From IMG/VR virus record IMGVR_UViG_3300007345_000047: a stretch of 55,706 bases of DNA; one strand, written 5' to 3'. The DNA is from a virus. The first letter of the stretch is position 1. Every line of letters begins with the position of its first letter. The notes under the pieces are model-generated. The model had not been told where the DNA came from. It ran no database searches and saw nothing but the letters and a program-made list of their open reading frames with translations. Positions 23,660 through 33,900 of the stretch are shown piece after piece. Both the position numbers and the translations under genes were made by a program.

Positions 23660-24060
23660 GGTCTTTCCTTCCCTTTCCAGAATGCGCTGTCCCCCAGGTC
23701 GGTGACTACGCCGTAGTATGTAAGAGCCCGTCTGCGCCGTAGCGGTTTCAGGATCCAGGTGGAGCACGCCTCTATGGCACGCATGTTATTAGCCAGCATC
23801 TCAATGTCGGCCATCTCTTTGTCCTGCTTGGTCTTCCCTACGTGGTATCTAAAGTCGTGCAGGTTACAGACTGGACCAATCCACAATCCCCAGATCGTAT
23901 CTGGTATGGGTAGCTTGGAGTCCTTAGCACCACAGCCATTGCAAATCTCTAACAGATCCCCAAGGTCAGTGCCAAGAAAGTCTGGGTGAGCCTTCAGTGC
24001 CTTCAGCTCCACCAGTGCCCTGGTTCTCAGGATAGATTCTAGTAGGGTTCTCTTAGCCAC
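23656..24060 (-). CDS. HDxxY-motif protein (DUF1353-like / phospholipase A2-like)
   Basis: GTG 24060 overlaps the tail-fibre stop. Reads CNGCGAKDSKLPIPD...CNLHDFRY...EMADIEM. Confidence 0.4.
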   Translation of the reverse strand: MAKRTLLESILRTRALVELKALKAHPDFLGTDLGDLLEICNGCGAKDSKLPIPDTIWGLWIGPVCNLHDFRYHVGKTKQDKEMADIEMLANNMRAIEACSTWILKPLRRRRALTYYGVVTDLGDSAFWKGKERP

Positions 24061-27000
24061 TATGCGGGTAGCCCCGCGTACCGATCCGCTATTGTCTTCT
24101 GCAGGACAGCAATCTCGGCTTCCGTGAGTGCTCTGTCGAATACTACTAGCTGGGCTATGTAGCCTTGCACTGTCTGTGTTCCAGCATAATCGGAGAGGAT
24201 AGTACCGTAGTCCCAATTTGCACTTCCCGCGTCACCAACTATGGAGCCTACGCTAGACCCAGTGAGTTTCGTTGTCGCATCGCCGTTAAACTGACCAGTA
24301 AGAACATGGGCATCTGTATCATACGCGGCAGCTAGGTTTACAAAAGCTGCGCCGCCTTGATATATCCCAAAACTGTCACCCGCAGAAGTATCCGTACTTA
24401 GAATAAACCTAGCACTCGCGTTGCTCCTAGAGTCTATGAAGTATTGGTCGAGCGATGGGTTGGCAGGGCTAGACCTGACCACAGCAAACACAGTAGCCCC
24501 ACTCGCTATAGTCTGCCCCGCAGTAGTCTCCAATCCAGCCGAGCCGATTGAGTGTACGACATCCTTGCCAGTATTCTGGATGAAGGTGTTGCCGTTGAGT
24601 GTCCAGCCCTCGAAAGTGTCTGAGGATATGAACTCTGCGGTTGATGCTGCGCTGTCTACTCGTTGGTAGGTTGTGGCTAAAAGGCCAGATTCGACTTGCG
24701 CCCCCCATACATAAATTGTTCCCGTTGCTGGAAGAATGTAGAAGTTAGCACTTGTTGCGGCTATATCACCGGCAACGGAACACCTATACCATCCATCCCC
24801 CGCATCTTCAATTGTCGCCACGCCATCTACCGTTGCGGTAATAGTTCCGCTTGATAAATCAAAATCAGCTCGTCCCGCGTACCCGCTTGCTCCAGTTCCG
24901 TCATAAACTTGGAGCCTAACTGTTCCGGTAGTCCCCGCCTTTAAGTAAACCGATCCGGTGTAATCCCCTATTGCTGGAGCGGGGTCTTGCCGTAGCTGTG
25001 AGGCTCCAGTGCTTGTTAGCGTGTCGGCGGTATTTGTTCCGTCTGGAGCAGAAACCGTATTTGGGGTTATCGTTGCCCCTGAAAACTTAGTCCAAGCCGC
25101 ATTATCAAACTCCTGCGAGTAAGTCAGCAGATTGCGCCTTGCGTTAGAGGCGTAGTCAGCGGCATTAAAGTCAACCGCCAGATCGCCGTCAATGCCGTTG
25201 TAGACTTGGGCGCGGTAGACTGAGCCATCCCACCGTCCATTGCCTACAGCAGAAGCCGCAACAAGCACTGTTGCCGTCGAATCAAATATAGACGTAGTGG
25301 AGCCACCTATGACAGCATCTCCTAATTGAGTCCACGCTTCTCCATCATCAGACGTATAAAAAGTTACAGTATACCCACCCGCTCCATTGTCTACATCAAG
25401 GGTAACTCTAACGTGATGGTCAGAGCCATTTACAAAATTGTTTGCCACTGTTGAAGTTGCGCTGAGAGTGTTGGCTCCGGTGGTAGACCACAACAACTCC
25501 AAGTTGCCAGAAGTTGTAAGATACAAGTAGTATGATCGCTGGTTTCCTGTTGCAAGCCACTTGATAACCATTTCTTGAACACCACTAGGAGTCCAATCAA
25601 GCCTCTGTCCGTGGAATCTAACATCAATATCCCCTGTGATGCTGGCTGCTGCGCTGTCTGGGGACGATGCGTAATCAGTGGCCGCACCGTAACTTAACAT
25701 AGCATCACTGATAGACTTCCTCAGATTAGCCCCTGTGCCTACTACTACGTCAACGTCATAGCCGTTAATAGCCGCGTTGCCGTTGGCAGTCCACGTTTCG
25801 CCTGTGCGTCCGTAGAAGGTAGAACCGTTAGTGTGCATGATAGGGTCGAAGTCGATGACCTTGGTTCCGTCAATACCGTTGTAGATTTGGGCGCGGTAGA
25901 CTGTTCCTGCCAATAAGTGCGCGATACCAACATTGTAGGAGCCAATCTCTAGTGCCGCCGCAGTATCTCTTAACGCTCCAGAAGCACCCGCCACATCTGC
26001 GCCGAGCTGAGTCCAAACTGTAGAATCACTTAACGCATCACCGGATGTGTTCAAATAAAATTTAACAACTCCGTCTGCTGCTGTTCTTGTTACTCGAACA
26101 TTAGCTCGACTTCCGTCTGTAATTCCTGATGCTACCGAGCTAATATAGACAGTTGTGTTGTCATAAAATTCAAGCTGCCCCGTAGCGCCAGTGTAAAAAT
26201 GATATGCAGCCCCTAGTGCGTTGGTTCTTTTTGCAAGAAAGCAATCTTGCACCGCAGGAGTCCAATCATCTAGCGCGACATCGCAGCGAATATCTATATC
26301 ACCCGTCACAGAATTCGCCACACTATCAGGCGATGAGAAATAATCCCCCGCACTTCCCGGCAGATTCGCATAAGGCGCACCCGTACCCACCAAGGCTCTA
26401 GGCGTTACTACATAATTGTTGCCCTGAATAGTCCACACTTCACCCGTAGAGCTAGATGCCCAGTTAGCGTTGCCAGTGTTGGCGTAGTCGTTGGGGTTGA
26501 AGTCTACGACAGGGGGGCCATCTATTGTCGCAGCAACCGAGAGGCTGTAGACCGACCCATCAAGGGGCAGTCCCACACTGGCATTACCACCTATATGAAG
26601 CGCAACCGTAGACCCGCTGTAAATTGCATCAGCGCTACCCTTTTGGATGACAGTGCCAAGCTGAGTCCACGCAACCCCATCTGATGAATAGTAAAAATAT
26701 ACCTCGCTGTCAGATGAGCCGTTATCCCCTAAGAACGTAACTTTTAGATAGACAATATCGTTATTGGTGGTCGGCAGAGCTACGCTAGAATCGTATAGCT
26801 TCGATGTATTTGTCCCATCCGTGCTTGTAGTAAACCTAAGCGAACCGTCTGTTAAAAATTGCAACGTCCACGCTCTTTGCCCTGCGCCCCCAAATCTTGA
26901 AGCTACAAGGTATCCGGTAGCTGGCGAGTAGTCAGGCAGTCTAACGCGCCCAATAATTTCCATTTCACCAGAAATTGTATTCAGCGCGGTACTGCTAGGC

Positions 27001-27236
27001 GTACTAAAATAATCCCCATTAGCTGTAAAGCACTGAGCAAACTTATCCCCGCTCGGCTGTGTGTTAGTCATAGCGACTACGTTGCCGCCTGATTCGACTA
27101 TGCCCGCGTCCGAGAGATTAACCAGAGCGGTCGCAGTCAGGCTGTCGTACGTTAAGAGATCCGGCTTCTCCGGAATGCCCGAAAGCCCCGTAGTGTTACG
27201 GAATATCGGACCTACAATTTCACCTACAATAGCCAT
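24060..27236 (-). CDS. Tail fibre with tandem LamG/ConA-like lectin-fold repeats
   Basis: 1058 aa. Three about 190-aa repeats each end G(S/T)VY..(Q)(I/V)YNGIDG...VDF. The C-terminus is also LamG-like. Confidence 0.75.
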   Translation of the reverse strand: MAIVGEIVGPIFRNTTGLSGIPEKPDLLTYDSLTATALVNLSDAGIVESGGNVVAMTNTQPSGDKFAQCFTANGDYFSTPSSTALNTISGEMEIIGRVRLPDYSPATGYLVASRFGGAGQRAWTLQFLTDGSLRFTTSTDGTNTSKLYDSSVALPTTNNDIVYLKVTFLGDNGSSDSEVYFYYSSDGVAWTQLGTVIQKGSADAIYSGSTVALHIGGNASVGLPLDGSVYSLSVAATIDGPPVVDFNPNDYANTGNANWASSSTGEVWTIQGNNYVVTPRALVGTGAPYANLPGSAGDYFSSPDSVANSVTGDIDIRCDVALDDWTPAVQDCFLAKRTNALGAAYHFYTGATGQLEFYDNTTVYISSVASGITDGSRANVRVTRTAADGVVKFYLNTSGDALSDSTVWTQLGADVAGASGALRDTAAALEIGSYNVGIAHLLAGTVYRAQIYNGIDGTKVIDFDPIMHTNGSTFYGRTGETWTANGNAAINGYDVDVVVGTGANLRKSISDAMLSYGAATDYASSPDSAAASITGDIDVRFHGQRLDWTPSGVQEMVIKWLATGNQRSYYLYLTTSGNLELLWSTTGANTLSATSTVANNFVNGSDHHVRVTLDVDNGAGGYTVTFYTSDDGEAWTQLGDAVIGGSTTSIFDSTATVLVAASAVGNGRWDGSVYRAQVYNGIDGDLAVDFNAADYASNARRNLLTYSQEFDNAAWTKFSGATITPNTVSAPDGTNTADTLTSTGASQLRQDPAPAIGDYTGSVYLKAGTTGTVRLQVYDGTGASGYAGRADFDLSSGTITATVDGVATIEDAGDGWYRCSVAGDIAATSANFYILPATGTIYVWGAQVESGLLATTYQRVDSAASTAEFISSDTFEGWTLNGNTFIQNTGKDVVHSIGSAGLETTAGQTIASGATVFAVVRSSPANPSLDQYFIDSRSNASARFILSTDTSAGDSFGIYQGGAAFVNLAAAYDTDAHVLTGQFNGDATTKLTGSSVGSIVGDAGSANWDYGTILSDYAGTQTVQGYIAQLVVFDRALTEAEIAVLQKTIADRYAGLPA

Positions 27237-27245
27237 GCGCTGCTC

Positions 27246-27530
27246 CTAGTACTGTGAGACCAAGTAAACTACAGAAGAACTCGCACCACTTTGAGTAGTG
27301 AAGACCTCCATGCCCGCACCCACAGTGTAGGTAGCGGAGCTTCCAGCAACCAGGGTAGCGTCGAGAGCCTCAATGACCCCGTCGTCTCCTGATGGCCTGA
27401 AGCCTATCGTAATGGTGCCACTGTCCAGACTGGACGCTGCACGCACGTAGACGGACATGCCCTGCTTGAGTGAATCCACGATCCCCAGAGTTGTGGCCGT
27501 GGTTCCTGCTACTGTTATTTCTTGTGCCAT
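27246..27530 (-). CDS. Hypothetical virion protein
   Basis: 94-aa ORF in the tail module. Confidence 0.55.
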   Translation of the reverse strand: MAQEITVAGTTATTLGIVDSLKQGMSVYVRAASSLDSGTITIGFRPSGDDGVIEALDATLVAGSSATYTVGAGMEVFTTQSGASSSVVYLVSQY

Positions 27531-27541
27531 CTTTCTATCCT

Positions 27542-27907
27542 CTATACAATTTTAGTGAATGTGGGATCTGTAGTTCCCAATGTGAATGCACCCGTGAAGG
27601 TGACTTGGTAGATCCCAGCACCGGCTGCACCCTCTGCTGCTGCAGGGACAAGCATGCCGGCGACCACATCTGAACTAGCATTATAGTCTGCTACACGGCT
27701 CCAGTCACCTGCAGCTACCTCGTAGATGCCATTCTCTGTGCCGTCTGTCTGGTCTTTGACCAACACCCTGTCCCCCGCCACAGCTGCCACACTGTCTATA
27801 GTCTGGGCTGCGTTGAGGGTAATGTTGGCAGTTGTAGCCAGTCTGACAGGAGGCTTAACACCGCTGCCAGGGCTATTACTGAATCGATCTTGTTGGGCCG
27901 TAGCCAT
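27542..27907 (-). CDS. Tail-fibre N-terminal-domain-like protein
   Basis: VRLATTANITLNAAQTIDSV..GDRVLVKDQTDGTENGIY resembles the N-termini of phage fibre and tailspike proteins (from memory). Confidence 0.55.
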   Translation of the reverse strand: MATAQQDRFSNSPGSGVKPPVRLATTANITLNAAQTIDSVAAVAGDRVLVKDQTDGTENGIYEVAAGDWSRVADYNASSDVVAGMLVPAAAEGAAGAGIYQVTFTGAFTLGTTDPTFTKIV

Positions 27908-27916
27908 AGTGTTCTC

Positions 27917-30900
27917 CTAGTTTTTGTCTCTACCTTCCACGAATGGCTGCAGTGCTGCACCCACCACTTCCGGAATTGTTTCTGGTGCCTTCTCGTTACC
28001 TTCAAGAGCCGACTTTGTGTAGTCTAGCATTCTGACGACATTACCTGAACCTGGCAGTGCAATGAAAGTGCCAGCAACCTTGATAAAGTTCTCCAGTGTC
28101 TCAGCAGTATTAGCCCACGAAGGATTCGTTACCGCCTCCAACAGTTTCGGACCCTGAGACGGCAGCTGCTGCACGGTGCCAATGGCATCGTCCATCAGCG
28201 TGCTTGGCTTGAAGTTACTTTGACCAGGCAGCAGGTCTCCGAAGATTGGGATAGTGGCTCCCATAAAGCCGGTGTAACCCAGCCCCAGCCACTTAGCTAC
28301 CTTCAGAGGGAACTCGTCGTCGCGCTCGTCGTCGTCCAGCTTCGGTATGTTCATCGCAATTACTTCCGACAGAACCATTGTGAGCATTGGGGTTAGCACG
28401 AGTGCCTCGAACGCTGGAATGGACATCCACTCCTTACCGCCGCGAGTGTTTCTGTAAGCACGCTGGAAGATAGAAGAGTTGAACCAAGACCCAAAGACTG
28501 TAAGCATCTTCATGTAGGCAGCTTCATTAGACCGGAATATCTTACCTAAGTGAAGATCCATGCCGGAGCCGATAGTCTCAGCCACTGTTACATCTGCATT
28601 AAGGATGGCCAGCTCCTCGTCGCCGTGTTTCGTCATCTCGTTGCTGTATGTAGCCAGCCATGTGGGGTAAGAAACCACCATGTCCAGCATCACGTGCGGC
28701 GTGAAACCGTGCTGTGCGAATTTATTAAGAGCAGCTTCTGCCTTCGAGCCACTCTCCACACGCTTCATCAGATCCGCAGCTTCTCGGTTCAGGTGAGCTT
28801 TACGCGCTCGCATCTGGGCAGACTTCTCCTCCACGAACGCGCGGTTCTCTGCGAAGTTCCCATGAAAAGCCAAGGACGCACTGCTGTAGTTTATTGGACC
28901 CATCTCTGCCATCGAAGGGAGGACGGATGCCACCTGCTGCATAATGTTCTTCACGTTGTAGGCGAGATACATCATAGACTTAGAGTAGCGGATTTGTCTG
29001 ATTATAGCGGCCAGTGCAGGTATGGGATCCTGCTCTTTTAGATTTGTAGTTAAGCCCTGGATCGACTGCATCATCGCCTTATCAAAGCCCTCGCCAAACT
29101 TGTCTGCAAGTGAGGTACGGACCTCTTTGTCATTGAACAAAGACTGCAGCTCCGTAGCGGTTGTAGCGTACGCGATGTAGTGCGCGTTCTCTTCGATGAC
29201 CCTGTAGATGTTCTGCACTTCCAGCAGTGGCTTCCTGCCGCCTGAGCCCGAACGAGCCGTAGCTGCGGTGGCCTTACTGTTCGAGAGAGAGTTGACCGTG
29301 TTCAAAGGGTCTTCGTCTAGTCGTACCTTCGCATCTATGTCGCCGCCAGAACCACCGTAGATGAGAGTCATGTGCCCACCACGCATGGTCTTTCCATTCA
29401 CAGTGAAAGGCATGTGGGTCTCCAGAGGAGGAGCCACACCCTCGCGGTCGTGCGTTGCTTGGAACAGCGGGGTCTTCATGTGGTCACTCAGCTCCCACAG
29501 TGACTGGACCATGTCGAGCTCCTGCTCGGACATCTGCTCCATCATTCGCATAACGTCATTGTCGGTGACATCGAAGCCTTTACGAACAGCCTCTTGGCTA
29601 GTATCAGTCCCCCAGTACGCAGCAAGCATGAATCGCTGGCGAGCAGACAGATGCCATTTGCTCCCGTCCTCTTTGGTCACGCTTCGAACCGACGCGCTAC
29701 TATCAGCTATACCAGTGAGGTCTGCATCAGCGAACAGCTCGTCTAGTTTTCCATAGAAGTCTTCGAGAATGTTCAGCTTGGCGTTCTCGGCGTTGCTGAT
29801 CCTACGGTAGACACTGTCGAAGAATGCGCCGTCGCCAAGGTCTCGAATCATATTACGCAGCGAGGGCACCAGGTGGATAGCGTGCTGTATCCAACCGCGC
29901 ATCCTGTGGCGACTAGATGCCTCCCAATCTGCTTTACTCTTTGACTCTCCCATCTCTTCCAGCTGGGCGAGCATAGCGTTGCGTTCCATAGAGAGCGGCC
30001 CCTTGTCTTCGGCGGCGATCTGCCCGCCCACGAACCGTAGGTGCTTGAGCTGGTCGCTCACACTTTCCAGCTGCTCCAGTGTCATCTCATCAAACGTAGG
30101 AAGGTACTCTAGGCCAGCCCGCAGCTCTATTACATTTAGATCCTTCAAGTTCACATCGACACCGTCGCGCTGCTGACCGGCGATCCAGTTAGCAAAGTCT
30201 CGTGCAGCCTTGACTCTCTTTCCTTCTTTCGGTCTGCTGGAAGTGTCATACATTTTAGCCAGCCGCTTCATGGACTGTATGTATTCTGCATCCACCTGAG
30301 TGGTCTTGTAGTCTCTCTTCTGTACGCCCCTAATATAGTCGCGGTACGTGATCGCATCCTTTCTAGCTTTAAGAGCGGCCAGGAATAAATAGTGGTTAGC
30401 TATCTGCTGGAGTTTAGCATCGTACGCTGCTTCCGCTGTCTTGGCGCGAGCCGCATCCTGTGCAGCCCTTACCTCTGCCCTGTGGAATCGCTCTGGCTTC
30501 AACTCGCCGTAGGTCATAGTTCCCACACTCTGTGCAGCTTTAGCCTTCAGGAATTCTTTGTCCACATCTGGGGTGCTCTTCTTCCGTGAGCGGGACTTGA
30601 TAGCTCTCAGTTCCTTCAGCATCAGATCGGCTTGCGCCTCATTGTGCATAGCTTCTCTGGCTTCAGCTTCGATAGTTCCGTCGTTGAGCATGTCGCCGTA
30701 CTTGGCAACCATTATCTCTTCCGCAGCAGCATCTGCCGCAGCAGTAATCCCTTCAGCATTGTGGACAGCGGTGACCATCTCTTCTACAGATGCAAATCCT
30801 AATTGCTCTGCCAGAAGCTCTGGGTCATCCCCGCCTTTCTTAGTTAGGAACTGCAGCTTAGTTTTCTTAGGGAGAGACTCCACGCCCATAGCAGCCACTA

Positions 30901-33900
30901 CAGCATCGCGATCGAGGGGCAGGTCTTTCATTATGCCCATAGCCTGGTAGACAGGCTGTCCTGCCAGCTTCTCTTTTTGTTCTGCAATGAGAGGCTTCTT
31001 CTCTTCGTTCCACTCTTTACTGCGGCGAGCTCCCAGTTCTTTCAGTAGCTTCTCGAACAGAGTCATCTCTGCATTCTTCTTTCGAGTTTCAAGAGACTTC
31101 TGGTAGCTCTCCCACTGCTTGTCGGTCATACCGGCTCGCTCTTTGCCCTTAAAGAGCTGCTCGTACTCAGCACCAGCGGCCACATTGGCAATCTCTGCTT
31201 CAGTAGCCAGCATGCGATCAAAGATCTCAGTTATCTCTTTATTAAGAGGAAGGCCGAGCTGGCGCATGGACTTATAAATTTGTCCCAACCACTTGGAGAA
31301 TTGCAGGAAGGCAGCTCGTAGTCCACGAGTGGGAGCCTTACCCGTACGCAAGTAATCCTCAAAGGTTCTCGCCCACAGTTCATGCTCTTTGACACCAATG
31401 GCATCGAAGGAGTCTACACCTAGCATCTTCAGCATGGCTTTCTGGTTATCGCCCAGACCATACTTCGCTGCTAGTGACTTCTCAGTCTCTAGGAACAGGT
31501 GACCTGCTTCATGTAAGAATGTGGACTTATCAGATCCAGCAGCCAGCTCAATGAGCTTCTCGCCGGACTTCATAATCTCTATGCTGCCGCGTGGCGCATC
31601 TTTTCCAGGCTTCTTCTGAGCTAGGATTGTGGCCTCGTTTGCACGGTCTGGATCGAATACAGCGTTGATAGATCGAATGTGTGCAGGATCGAATATCGCA
31701 GTGTTCTTGATATTGTCGGGGTCATTGTTGCCGCGTTTGGGATCCCCTCCTTCAAGCACAGTGAATGCAGTGTATTGCATGTCTCTGATGGCCACTTGAA
31801 TAGCGGAGTCTTTCTCTACGATCTCCCAGTTGCCCGATTCGATCGCACGCATTCGCCAGTCAGCTCCGGCCTTCAACTGGTCACCAGGTGTGCCGGTTGC
31901 CTCTAGCTCTATCTGGATGTGTTGGTGGAGATCGTTGTACTCGTCCTCGGTCAAGTTCTGGTGGTCTAGTAGCTTGTCCTTCTTAATAAGCAAAGGATAC
32001 ACGGGACCGACAGAAATGCCTGAAGGTGGAACGAATCCCTCGTTGTAGCCCGCGAACGTAGATGCAAAGTCTGGATCCGGAGTTACGAATATAAAGTCTC
32101 TGCCGTTGTCGAAGCGGTCGAGTACGAACCCCATAATGTTAGAAGCTGTGGTGCCGTGGTAGTAGATGTTCTCAGTGTCGAATCCCATCTCCTTGGCACG
32201 CTGCATTCTGGCACTGAAGGTCATGCCCTCTTCGCCAAACTTCTCAACACCTTTGATCCAGTCCACAGCTTCGATAGCATCTCTGCCCTTATAGCTAGTC
32301 TGCTCATTCACAGCATCGAGCATGGCGGTCTCAGATATTTCCTGAAGATCGAACTCCACATCGTCAGTGATCCGCACACCAAGACTCTCAAGCTCTGCGA
32401 GTGCTTCGTTGAATTTGTCCTGTCTGGCTTTCTCTACGTCGGACTGATTGAGGACAAGTGAGCTTTCATCTTTTTGAAATTCAGGTGGGGCTGTTGGTTC
32501 TGTGCCCGTATCTGATCGTCGCTTACTCCCTCGTTTGGACTTTGCGCTGTCTGGTCGATTAGACTCAACTTCGCTTTCGCCGAGTCTAGCTGTAGCGAGT
32601 CTTCGGAATTCTTCTTCATAGTCGGTAGCCTCTGTTTTCTTGCTGCCCACACCATTGGTGACATACAAGTCTTTTTCTAAATACCACACCAATGCTTGAA
32701 ATGTGGCGGCGTTCAATTCTATACCCTCGGCCTTCAATTGAGCAAGACCCTCGTACGACACTTCTCGAATCCAGTTCCGGTTGCTTCCGTTGCCAGGCTC
32801 GATCACAGGGTCGTTCACTGCTTCGTATAAATTCTTAGCAGTCTTGTTAATGTCAGACTTGTCTTTGTATTTGCTGCGAGCATATCTGGCACGGTACTCT
32901 TTAGCGAGTTCCAGCAGCGCGTCGTCGTCCTTCATCAGCAGAGCTTTGTTGATGCCTGGAGTTCTAGGGGGCAGTGCCTTAATGGCTGCTCTAAACTTCG
33001 CAGCACGGGTGCTACTCTTGTCACCCTTCTTTGACTCGGCGTGCATGGCATCTTCACGGATAGGCATGTTAGTACCAGTCCATCTTCCCCATGTCTTCAT
33101 AAACCAGCGATCCATAGTTATGGGATCGTAGTTGCCACTGAGGTTCTGATAGAACGCTCCCAGCTTAGGTCCGAGAATCATAGAGCCGTTGACTACAGTG
33201 TCCTGCAGCTCTCCGGACACTGTGATGCCAGTGAATTCGGCAAGGTCTCGCACGGTGATTGGGTTCTCTAACATCCTAACAGTGTCCTTCATCCCCATAC
33301 CGGAGATAAGGCTGTTCATCAGCTTGAAGTGACCCTTGTTCGCTGCGATTGTGGTAGACCAGCCAATGATCGGGAACTTCTTCTTCTTTTTGTAGTAGCT
33401 GTAGACCTCCTCAGCATGCTTGGAGTTAGACTCCACATCTGCCATATTCGAGCTGATAGCCATAGCCAGCTTGAAGATAACTAATGCTTCCGGATCTGTC
33501 TGCAGCTCTGGGTGGATAAGAGCCGCGTAGTGCATTGCAGATTCGATGCTGGTGCTGTACCAGTCGGCTCCGTTGCCAGATTGGCTAAGTGCCCACTTCA
33601 CTTCTTCCTTCATCGTTTCGACGATAATGGCTTTGTTCTCTTCGGTTCGCTCGCGGAGTGGCCCGCCGTGCTCTTCGGCTATCAGCTCATCCAAGCGAGT
33701 AGCAAGCATGGACGCAGTGACCTTACCCTTCTCAGGGATTCCATCGATCTTCTCTCCGGAGGTAATAGACTTCAAAGTCACATTGTCGCCGGTCAAGTCT
33801 ACTTCAGCTTGATATAAGAAGTCAGACGAGTCGCCGTATGTTGGGTTCTTCGCCAGAGTTAAGGGTCCGACCTGGAGCACCTCGACTGCACCTACTATAG

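Noticed and set aside
24060-27236. Diversity-generating retroelement targeting the tail fibre
   Set aside because: No reverse transcriptase gene is present in the genome. I found no near-identical template/variable repeat pair. The internal fibre repeats are old, diverged duplications.
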